63,194 nt of DNA from Candidatus Pacearchaeota archaeon (GTDB lineage: Archaea; Nanobdellota; Nanobdellia; Pacearchaeales; GW2011-AR1). The notes under the pieces were generated by a model that worked only from the letters and a program-made list of their open reading frames with translations, searched no databases and was not told the origin of the DNA. The stretch spans positions 1 through 63,194 of the forward strand of contig JAGVWT010000001.1 of assembly GCA_018304175.1 (NCBI GenBank), in the 5' to 3' direction. A program made the position numbers and the translations under genes. Position 1 is the stretch's first letter; every line of letters starts with the position of its first letter. Below, one piece after another: positions 8,378-15,639 of this stretch.

Positions 8378-9481
8378 TTATTCAAAAAATTCAATTCCAA
8401 GTTCTTCTTCTATTTCCTTGTGTTTTTTGCTTTCAATTGATTCTCCGTGCCCAAGAATCTGCGAGGATTTTACTCCAGTGACTATCAACAAAATGCGGAT
8501 TGATTTTTCCATGTCAGGAGATATTTGTGCACCCCAAATCAATTTCGCTTCGGGACTTAACTTGTTTCCAATTGTTTCAACAATCATTTTGCATTCTTCT
8601 AAACTCATATCATTCCCTCCGACGATGTTAACCAATGCCCCTGTTGCATTTGAAACATCAACATCCAAAAGAGGATTTTGAATTGCTTTTGATACCGCAT
8701 CTAATGCCCTATGTTCTGTATCCGACTCTCCCATTCCTATCAGAGAAACTCCTCCATCAGCCATAACTGCCCTTACGTCTGCAAAATCCAGGTTTACAAG
8801 TCCTGAAGTTGTAACCAACTCTGTGATTCCTTTTACTGCGTTTGTTAGTATCTCGTCGGCAATTTTGAATGCTGTTTGCAACGGTAGATTTGGGGCTAGT
8901 TCAAGCAATTTATCATTTGGAATTACAATAAGTGTGTCAACAATAGATTCCATTTTTTCCAAACCATTCATTGCATTTTCAATTCTCTTCTTTCCCTCGA
9001 TTGTAAATGGAAGAGTCACAACACCGATAGTCAAGGCTTTTTGTTTTTTTGCCAAAGACGCAATTACGGGAGCGGCACCTGTTCCTGTTCCTCCCCCTAA
9101 ACCACATGTAATAAAAATCATATCACTTCCAGCAATTTTTTTCTTTATTTCTGCCTCTGATTCTTTTGCAGCTTCTTCTCCTATTTTTGGATTGCTTCCA
9201 GAACCTAATCCCTGAGTTAACTCCTTCCCTATGAGAATTTTTTGGTCTGCGTTTGTATAAAGCAGGTCCTGTGCATCAGTATTAACTGCAATCAATTCAC
9301 CCCCTTTAATTCCAATTTCTCGCATTCTACTCAAAGAATTATTTCCTCCACCACCAACGCCAATAACTTTTATCTTTGCCGTTTGCTTCTTCAACAATTC
9401 TTCTAGCTCTCTATCAATATCTCTAATTTCCGAACTCAAATCTGCTTCATGAGTAAACCCTTTTTGATCATAAATATCCAT
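8378..9481 (-). CDS. ftsZ: cell division protein FtsZ (FtsZ1 type)
   Basis: GVGGGGNN, NTDAQDL, GLGGGTGTGAAP tubulin signature, NLDFADV T7 loop; sits in the ftsZ-secE-spt5 context. Confidence 0.98.
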   Translation of the reverse strand: MDIYDQKGFTHEADLSSEIRDIDRELEELLKKQTAKIKVIGVGGGGNNSLSRMREIGIKGGELIAVNTDAQDLLYTNADQKILIGKELTQGLGSGSNPKIGEEAAKESEAEIKKKIAGSDMIFITCGLGGGTGTGAAPVIASLAKKQKALTIGVVTLPFTIEGKKRIENAMNGLEKMESIVDTLIVIPNDKLLELAPNLPLQTAFKIADEILTNAVKGITELVTTSGLVNLDFADVRAVMADGGVSLIGMGESDTEHRALDAVSKAIQNPLLDVDVSNATGALVNIVGGNDMSLEECKMIVETIGNKLSPEAKLIWGAQISPDMEKSIRILLIVTGVKSSQILGHGESIESKKHKEIEEELGIEFFE

Positions 9482-9531
9482 TATTTGTGAAATCTTCTAA
9501 TGTTTATAAGAATTATTGTGGTGTTTTTTGA

Positions 9532-10209
9532 TTATTTTTCTTTATTCTGTTCAATCTCTTTAATTTCTAACTCCAAGCCCAAAACATCCTTCAGCTTCTC
9601 GCTGAAAAGTTCTGTAAACTGCCTAAATGGTTTTTCAATTTCTAAAATAAGTTTCTTGTCTTTTATTTCAAATTTCAAATCTCTACGGAAAAGAAAGTTA
9701 ATCATCGCTTTTGTTTTTTCATTTAAATCATCGACTTTCCTTAAAATTTTTATTTTATAGAAAACTTTTTTTCCGGCGACAGGGTTGTTAAAATCAACAA
9801 TAATTCTTCCCCCTGAAATTGAAATTATCTTTGCAATTCTACCATCGAAATTAAATGTTGCTCCCTTAATTGGATTTATGTTGTTTTCCCTGAAAAGCTT
9901 CATCGGTATAATTTTTATCAGCTGATTGTTTCTTATTCCAAAAGCTTTTTCTGGAGGAAGTTCAATCAAATATTCTGTCGGTTTTGAGGGAATTAGTTTT
10001 CCTATGATAAAATCTTCGACACCTTTTAAGAACATTCCTTCTCCAAGGCAAAAAACAAATGGTTTTGATTCATGTGAATGTTCGTGATCATGGTTATGTT
10101 CTTTGTGTAATTCATCTAAATCCTCTTTTACGTTTGAATCAAAAACTTCACCATCTTCAGTTTTTCCAGTAAATTCTATTTCAATAAAGTCTTTTTGCTT
10201 CAATGTCAT
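9532..10209 (-). CDS. FKBP-type peptidyl-prolyl cis-trans isomerase (SlyD-like, long archaeal form)
   Basis: FIEIEFTGK.EDGEVFDSN, IELPPEKAFG, VDFNNPVAGKKVFY; internal His-rich loop. Confidence 0.9.
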   Translation of the reverse strand: MTLKQKDFIEIEFTGKTEDGEVFDSNVKEDLDELHKEHNHDHEHSHESKPFVFCLGEGMFLKGVEDFIIGKLIPSKPTEYLIELPPEKAFGIRNNQLIKIIPMKLFRENNINPIKGATFNFDGRIAKIISISGGRIIVDFNNPVAGKKVFYKIKILRKVDDLNEKTKAMINFLFRRDLKFEIKDKKLILEIEKPFRQFTELFSEKLKDVLGLELEIKEIEQNKEK

Positions 10210-10269
10210 TTCAATTTATTAGAGTTGAATTTTAAAAATCTTTATAAATGTACTTCTTCTTTTTTAAAA

Positions 10270-10656
10270 ATGGTTTTAAAGATAATTGATGCAACAGAGA
10301 TAAAAAATGGCACAAATATTATAGTTGATGGGATTCCATGCACAGTAAGAAGCATAGACATAAGCAAGACAGGAAAACACGGGCATGCAAAAGCCAGGAT
10401 AGAAGCTATTGGTATAATAAAAGGCCAAAAAAAAGTTTTTGTTGTTCCTGGACATGAAAAATTTGACGTGCCATTAGTCGAAAAAAGAAAAGCGCAAATT
10501 CTTTCTGTGGGTGATAAAGTAAACGTCATGGATTTAGAGAACTTTGAAAACTTTGACATTGATTGTCCTGAAGAATTAAAGGGTGAAATTTCAGAAAATT
10601 CAACTGTAGAATACTGGAACGTCGAGGGAGAAAAAGTAATCAAGAGAAAACTTTAA
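10270..10656 (+). CDS. eif5a: translation factor aIF5A (eIF5A/EF-P homolog)
   Basis: SKTGKHGHAK hypusine motif; ATG 10270 preferred over TTG 10195. Confidence 0.95.
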   Translation: MVLKIIDATEIKNGTNIIVDGIPCTVRSIDISKTGKHGHAKARIEAIGIIKGQKKVFVVPGHEKFDVPLVEKRKAQILSVGDKVNVMDLENFENFDIDCPEELKGEISENSTVEYWNVEGEKVIKRKL

Positions 10657-10711
10657 GAAGTTTTCCATCGCCTGTCTTTAGCAAGCTAAATGAGAGGAGA
10701 TTATAATTAAA

Positions 10712-10873
10712 ATGGCAAAAATACCTGAAGCTCAAAATAGACTTTTCAAGAATGTTTTTGTATGCAAGAATTGTCATGCTAAAATAAAAGCCAGTCATAT
10801 AAAAATTCTTGAAGGAAAAGTTAAATGCAGAAAATGTAAAAAACAGGCGTTCAGGCCTTTAAAAAAGAAATAA
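10712..10873 (+). CDS. rpl40e: 50S ribosomal protein L40e
   Basis: Missed by ORF track. MAKIPEAQNRLFKNVFVCKNCHAKIK...VKCRKCKKQAFRPLKKK, with CxxC...CRKC zinc ribbon. Confidence 0.9.
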   Translation: MAKIPEAQNRLFKNVFVCKNCHAKIKASHIKILEGKVKCRKCKKQAFRPLKKK

Positions 10874-10874
10874 A

Positions 10875-12296
10875 ATGGCTGTAGATTTTTTGGTTTATGA
10901 CATTGTATTCTTAGTTATATTTGTAATATTTTTGTTTATTTTCCTCCATTCTGGTAAGAAAAATCTGAAAAGAGAAGGTTTATTGTTGCTGTATAAAACA
11001 TCTTGGGGAATCAAATTAATAAATAAAATAGGTAAGAAAAATCCGGGTGTTTTCAAAGTTTTAAGTTATGTTTCCATCGCTACAGGATATCTTTTAATGG
11101 CTTTGATGATATATATGTTAGCAAAAATTGTACACATTTATATTTCTGCGCCTGAAATAGTTCGTGCAGTAAAAGTACCTCCGATAATTCCTTTAGTTCC
11201 CTATTTACCGCAGATCTTCAGTTTGGATTTTTTGCCACCGTTTTATTTCACTTATTGGATAGTTATAATAGCAGTTATAGCAATAACTCACGAGTTCTCC
11301 CACGGAATTTTTGCGGCTTATAATAATCTGAAGATAAAAACAACAGGATTTGGATTTTTCCCTTGGTTTTTACCAGTATTTCTAGCAGCTTTTGTTGAAC
11401 TAGATGAGAAAAAAATGGAAAAAAAGAAAAATTTTCCACAGCTAGCAATTCTTTCTGCCGGAACTTTTGCAAATGTTTTAACAGCAATATTTTTCTTCGT
11501 AGTAATCTGGATTTTCTTTTTTGCTGCTTTCACACCGTCAGGAGTTATATTTAATACATATCCATATTCTGTAGTAGATATTTCTAGCATTTCATCAGTA
11601 AATGGAATTCAAGTTGGTGAACCAACATATGAAAAAATTTCAGAACTGTTAAATGTGGATGGATTGAATAAGGTTGAAGCTAATGGAATAGCTTATGTAA
11701 CAACAAAAGACATATCATACAGGGAAGGAATTGTAGTCCTTTATTATGATGCACCTGCAATAAATGCCAATCTAGAAAGTGTTATATTTGGAGTGAATGG
11801 AGTAAATGTAAAAAGTGTAAATGAGCTAAGCAGTGAATTATCAAAATATTCTCCAGGAGAAAAAATTACGTTAAAAGTTTTAGGAGAAGATGGAGAAGGT
11901 TATGACATAGACATTGTCCTTGGAAAAAATCCGATAAATGAAAATTTAGCGTGGCTTGGAATTGGATTCACTAATCAAGAAAGAGATAGTACTCTTGGAA
12001 AACTTTTTTTATTATTATCATTCAAGGACCCAAATATCTATTACGAGGCAAAGTTTGACGGACTAAGTGTTTTCATTTATAATTTATTATGGTGGGTTGT
12101 CTTGATTAGTGTAAGCGTCGCATTAATTAACATGCTTCCCGTCGGTATTTTTGATGGCGGAAGATTTTTCTACTTGACGGTTCTTGGAATAACAAAAAGT
12201 GAAAAAATAGCTAAACTAGCATTTTCATTATCGACATATGCAATACTATTTATTTTATTTTTACTTCTTTTTTTCTGGGCAATCGCGTTCATATAG
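10875..12296 (+). CDS. site-2 protease (M50) with PDZ-like insert
   Basis: HEFSH zinc motif, AFVE, SAGTFAN, NMLPVGIFDGG; multiple TM helices. Confidence 0.93.
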   Translation: MAVDFLVYDIVFLVIFVIFLFIFLHSGKKNLKREGLLLLYKTSWGIKLINKIGKKNPGVFKVLSYVSIATGYLLMALMIYMLAKIVHIYISAPEIVRAVKVPPIIPLVPYLPQIFSLDFLPPFYFTYWIVIIAVIAITHEFSHGIFAAYNNLKIKTTGFGFFPWFLPVFLAAFVELDEKKMEKKKNFPQLAILSAGTFANVLTAIFFFVVIWIFFFAAFTPSGVIFNTYPYSVVDISSISSVNGIQVGEPTYEKISELLNVDGLNKVEANGIAYVTTKDISYREGIVVLYYDAPAINANLESVIFGVNGVNVKSVNELSSELSKYSPGEKITLKVLGEDGEGYDIDIVLGKNPINENLAWLGIGFTNQERDSTLGKLFLLLSFKDPNIYYEAKFDGLSVFIYNLLWWVVLISVSVALINMLPVGIFDGGRFFYLTVLGITKSEKIAKLAFSLSTYAILFILFLLLFFWAIAFI

Positions 12297-12364
12297 TTTA
12301 ATTTAGAAAAATATTTAAACTAAATTTGTATTATATTAACATTAAATAAAAAGAGGTTGAAAAA

Positions 12365-12430
12365 ATGGCAAAAAAAAGAAAGAAAGCATCAAAAAAGAAG
12401 TCAGCAAAGAAGAGAAGAAAAAAAAGATAA
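12365..12430 (+). CDS. candidate 21-aa Lys/Arg-rich peptide
   Basis: MAKKRKKASKKKSAKKRRKKR; GAGGT SD at 12353-12357; BRE/TATA-like GAAAAATATTTAAAC at 12306-12320; T-rich tract downstream. Confidence 0.6.
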   Translation: MAKKRKKASKKKSAKKRRKKR

Positions 12431-12460
12431 ATATTAATTTATTTTTTTATTTATAATTTG

Positions 12461-12811
12461 TTATAAAGTTGTTATTCCTTCTTTTGTTAAAGCTACAAAC
12501 CTAACTCCGACAGGGAGGTTTATAAGGGCTGAAATGAGAGCCATATGCTCTTTTCCATCGCCTGCAGCAATGCTTAGTGCAACTTCTGTTCCATCTATTT
12601 TCCCTTTTAGTTTTTTCAATAATTCTTCAACTAAATCTTTTATTTTCTTGCCGAGATCTACTTTTATAAATTCAAATTTTTTGTCAGCAGAAAAATTTTT
12701 AGCAGAATCTCCCCCAAGAATAATTATTTTCTCCCAATCTCCATATTTTATCAAACCCGAGACTTGAGACCATGTTTCTTTTCCTCCAGAAAGCATTGTA
12801 ACAAATTCCAT
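12461..12811 (-). CDS. conserved hypothetical protein
   Basis: 116 aa globular alpha/beta pattern (SIAAGDGKEHMALISAL); own TATA-like box upstream. Confidence 0.7.
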   Translation of the reverse strand: MEFVTMLSGGKETWSQVSGLIKYGDWEKIIILGGDSAKNFSADKKFEFIKVDLGKKIKDLVEELLKKLKGKIDGTEVALSIAAGDGKEHMALISALINLPVGVRFVALTKEGITTL

Positions 12812-12935
12812 TAAAAATTTAGATTAAATTAATTTATAAGTATTGTTGTTTTCAAAACAAATCTTTTGTAGTCTATTAAAATTAGAGTAAAAAGTTTTAT
12901 AAATGGAGTTTTAGTTGCATTTAGGTACCGTTGAA

Positions 12936-12986
12936 CTACATCACCGGCAGATATGTTCTATGCTGTTTGGTGTATAATGTAGGAGG
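12936..12986 (+). promoter_or_regulatory. candidate structured 5' leader of the rpl1-rpl10-rpl12 operon
   Basis: CTACAT(12936-41)/ATGTAG(12977-82), CACC/GGTG, GGCAG/CTGTT and ATA/TAT stems. The basal stem overlaps the first G of the GGAGG SD (12982-86). TATA TTTTATAAA at about 12896. Confidence 0.5.
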
Positions 12987-12992
12987 TAAACA

Positions 12993-13622
12993 ATGAAATT
13001 AGAAGAAGATTTGAAGAAAGCATTAGACGAACTAAGAAAGGAAAGGAAAAGAAAATTTGACCAATCAGTAGACTTAATTATAAATCTGCAGAAATATGAT
13101 ATCAAAAAAAATCTTCTGAACTTATTTGTTAAAATTCCTTATAAAATAAAAGACAAAAAAATTTGCGCATTCTTAGAAACAAAAAACAAGAACGTTGAAA
13201 CAGTAACAAAGGATGAATTTAAAAAATATTCCGACAAAAAAGCACTGAAAAAGCTTGTGAATAGTTTCGACTTCTTTATCTCTCAAGCTAATTTAATGGC
13301 TTCTGTAGCTACAACATTTGGAAGAGTTCTTGGACCTCTAGGAAAAATGCCTTCACCACAATTAGGTGTAATAATGGAAGTAAACGATAAAACAATAAAT
13401 GAACTAAAAGAAAAAATAAACAATAGTGTTAGGGTAAAAACAAAAGAAGGAAGTATAAAACTGGCCATTGGAAGAGAAAGTATGAAAGATGGGGAAATAA
13501 TTGAGAATATTGCCACTGTTTACAATGCAGTTACAAAAGCCCTTTCTAGAGAAAAAGATAATATAAAAAACATTGAAATAAAATTCACCATGACTAAACC
13601 AATTAAAATAAACATAAGATAA
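12993..13622 (+). CDS. rpl1: 50S ribosomal protein uL1
   Basis: RKFDQSVDLIINLQ, FGRVLGPLGKMP, TMTKPIKI. Confidence 0.95.
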   Translation: MKLEEDLKKALDELRKERKRKFDQSVDLIINLQKYDIKKNLLNLFVKIPYKIKDKKICAFLETKNKNVETVTKDEFKKYSDKKALKKLVNSFDFFISQANLMASVATTFGRVLGPLGKMPSPQLGVIMEVNDKTINELKEKINNSVRVKTKEGSIKLAIGRESMKDGEIIENIATVYNAVTKALSREKDNIKNIEIKFTMTKPIKINIR

Positions 13623-13626
13623 AAAC

Positions 13627-14481
13627 ATGACAAATAAAAAAGCACACGTGGCAAAGAAAAAAATTGAATCTGTTAAGGAATTGTCTGATTTAGTTAAAAA
13701 TAAAAAAACAATTTTGATTGTTTCAATAAAAAACATTCCTTCTTCGCAATTTCAGAAAATAAAAAAAGACTTAAGAGGAAAAGCAACAATAAAAGTTCCG
13801 AAAAAGAACCTAATATTAAAGGCAATAGATTCATCAAACAGCGAGGTATTGAACAAAATAAAAAGTAATATAAAAGAAGATACTGCTGTTTTGTTCTCGG
13901 ACATTGATGCTTTTGAGCTTGCTGCTGAATTAGTCGAAAAAAAGAGTTATATGAAAGCAAAAGCAGGGCAAATAGCCCCTAGTGATATAACAATAGAGGC
14001 TGGACCTACAGAGTTGCTCCCGGGACCTGCAATAACAGAGCTTAGCGTTCTTGGAATCAAAACTCAAATTGAAAAGGGAAAAATAACAATTAAAGAATCA
14101 AAGGTAATTGTCAAGAAAGATGAAGTAATATCAGATAACGCGGCGAATATAATGGGAAAATTAGATATAAAACCATTTTTAGTCGGCTTTATTCCTGTAG
14201 CTGCTTTTGACGTGAAAGAAAAAAAATTATATTTAAATATAAATATTAGCAAAGAAGAGGCTTTAGGTGAATTGAAGAATTTTTTTTCAAAAGCACTGGC
14301 ATTCGCTGTTGAATTATGTTATATTTCAGAAGATACAATAAAATTCCTAATTTCTAAAGCAGTAAGAAATAGAATAGCTTTGGAGAAGTTTGCCGTAGTG
14401 GAATCTTTAGAGAATGGAGAAGATTCACAAAAGCAGGAAGATAATCAAACTCCAAAAGTAAATCAAGGAGAAAACAACTAA
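13627..14481 (+). CDS. rpl10: 50S ribosomal protein uL10 (P0)
   Basis: KKIESVKEL, KAKAGQIAPSDITIEAGPTELLPGP, LDIKPF; C-terminal P-tail absent. Confidence 0.95.
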   Translation: MTNKKAHVAKKKIESVKELSDLVKNKKTILIVSIKNIPSSQFQKIKKDLRGKATIKVPKKNLILKAIDSSNSEVLNKIKSNIKEDTAVLFSDIDAFELAAELVEKKSYMKAKAGQIAPSDITIEAGPTELLPGPAITELSVLGIKTQIEKGKITIKESKVIVKKDEVISDNAANIMGKLDIKPFLVGFIPVAAFDVKEKKLYLNINISKEEALGELKNFFSKALAFAVELCYISEDTIKFLISKAVRNRIALEKFAVVESLENGEDSQKQEDNQTPKVNQGENN

Positions 14482-14482
14482 A

Positions 14483-14773
14483 ATGGAATACATATATGCG
14501 GCACTTTTACTGCATAAGACAGGAAAAGAAGTCAATGAACAGAATGTGAAAAGTGTTGTTGCAGCTAGCGGTTTGCAAGTAGATGAATCAAAAGTGAAGT
14601 CACTTGTAGCTAGTTTAAAAGGTGTTGATATCGACAAAGAGCTTGAAAGCGCGTCTTTGGTCACAACAACAATAGCAGCCCCTGCATTGGGAGCAACGAC
14701 TAAGAAAGAAGAAGCACCAAAAGAAGAAAAGAAAGAAGCTGCAGCAGAAGGACTTAGTGCTTTATTCGGATAA
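14483..14773 (+). CDS. rpl12: 50S ribosomal stalk protein P1 (aL12)
   Basis: MEYIYAALLLH start and EEKKEAAAEGLSALFG end. Confidence 0.97.
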   Translation: MEYIYAALLLHKTGKEVNEQNVKSVVAASGLQVDESKVKSLVASLKGVDIDKELESASLVTTTIAAPALGATTKKEEAPKEEKKEAAAEGLSALFG

Positions 14774-14857
14774 TTTTATTTTACAACGAAACACTAAGTC
14801 CCTCACTTTCATAGTCGAGAGTCTGAAAATTTTTAAATTGCGAAAACATTTATTTTT

Positions 14858-15004
14858 ATGAAGAAAAAAGAGATTTTCGGTATTTTAGCAGTAGTATCAT
14901 TAATATCAATGCTATTAACTCCTATTGATTCAACTTATTGGATTTATTTTTTAGTAATAGGAATATTTTTTGGAATTTTGTGGATAAAATCTAAAGCAAA
15001 TTGA
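14858..15004 (+). CDS. candidate 48-aa two-helix membrane peptide
   Basis: Missed by ORF track. MKKKEIFGILAVVSLISMLLTPIDSTYWIYFLVIGIFFGILWIKSKAN; BRE/TATA-like GAAAATTTTTAAAT about 25 nt upstream. Confidence 0.6.
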   Translation: MKKKEIFGILAVVSLISMLLTPIDSTYWIYFLVIGIFFGILWIKSKAN

Positions 15005-15008
15005 CACC

Positions 15009-15079
15009 TGTGTAGCATGAGGGGTACTACATTTCCCCTTACACTAACCCCGATGCAAACGAGATTAGTTCGCTACACA
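15009..15079 (-). ncRNA. candidate three-way-junction RNA with loop-loop pairing
   Basis: Minus strand: P1 TGTGTAGC/GCTACACA (8 bp), P2 CTAATCTCG/CGGGGTTAG (9 bp, 2 G-U), P3 AGGGG/CCCCT; loops UUUGCAU and AAAUGUAGUA can pair over 6 bp. Locally GC-rich. Confidence 0.4.
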
Positions 15080-15087
15080 CAAACACG

Positions 15088-15107
15088 GCCTGTATAGCTC
15101 AGTGGTA
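15088..15107 (+). repeat. duplicated 5' end of tRNA-Thr
   Basis: GCCTGTATAGCTCAGTGGTA matches 15154-15173 at 19/20; a shorter copy CCTGTGTAGC lies at 15007-15016. Confidence 0.9.
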
Positions 15108-15153
15108 AACTGAAAACTTTTATACTGAATTGTTTTCATACCACTTCGAGAAT

Positions 15154-15272
15154 GCCTGTGTAGCTCAGTGGTAGAGTAACTGATTCGTAGACAAAGCAAA
15201 GCTTTAACTTTTCCGCAAGCTTCGCGTTGCAGAAAAATCAGTAGGTCGGGAGTTCAAATCTCTCCACAGGCT
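15154..15272 (+). tRNA. tRNA-Thr (CGT) with 47-nt intron at 37/38 (15190-15236)
   Basis: GCCTGTG/CACAGGC acceptor, GCTC/GAGT D stem, ACTGA/TCAGT anticodon stem, TT-CGT-A loop, GGGAG-TTCAAAT-CTCTC T arm, U discriminator; TATA TTTTATA at 15118-15124. Confidence 0.88.
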
Positions 15273-15598
15273 TAATCTTGTATAATTCTCTCTAAATTTC
15301 TTTGTATTGTTAATCTCCTTTTATGTGCCTCATGAAACTCACTTGTTGGGATATTAGAAAAGCCACATTGTTCATCTGTTTCAGACCAGCTATGTTTTAT
15401 GGCATAAGGAAAAGCTTTCAATAAATCATCCCTATTAGAAAACTCGATTTTTCTATGAATAACTCTAAATTCATCAATAGTGTACTGATGAAGAATATAA
15501 TTTTCTTTTTGTCCTATTGAAATTAAAAGAGCTTCGACATAACTTCCTGATTCATCGTCAGCTGCGAATCTTAGTTGTTTCACTTGATAATCCATCAT
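15272..15598 (-). CDS. orphan hypothetical protein between two convergent tRNAs
   Basis: 108 aa; TATA-like box at about 15620; stop codon shares base 15272 with the tRNA-Thr discriminator. Confidence 0.55.
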   Translation of the reverse strand: MMDYQVKQLRFAADDESGSYVEALLISIGQKENYILHQYTIDEFRVIHRKIEFSNRDDLLKAFPYAIKHSWSETDEQCGFSNIPTSEFHEAHKRRLTIQRNLERIIQD

Positions 15599-15639
15599 GA
15601 ATTTTCTAATTAAATTGGATTTTTAAGATTATGTGTAAA

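Noticed and set aside
10661-10711. Possible hairpin sequestering GGAG upstream of rpl40e
   Set aside because: Short AT-rich stems and an SD too far from the ATG; too weak to call.
12365-12430. Naming the basic peptide eL41
   Set aside because: It lacks the Trp/Arg pattern of known eL41 sequences; only the composition is similar.
10661-12564. Exact 14-bp repeat TTTTCCATCGCCTG at 10661 (intergenic) and 12551 (inside the 116-aa gene), which could suggest an antisense pairing
   Set aside because: Several 14-mer matches are expected by chance in 63 kb, and there is no extension or structural support.
14860-15085. SRP RNA (7S) assignment for the Alu-like fold
   Set aside because: No helix 5/6/8 S-domain follows; the adjacent minus-strand sequence is AT-rich and antisense to a plausible ORF.
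15007-15173. Three spaced repeats read as a degenerate CRISPR array
   Set aside because: The repeats are tRNA 5' ends of unequal length, the spacers are 50-70 nt and self-complementary, and no cas genes are present.
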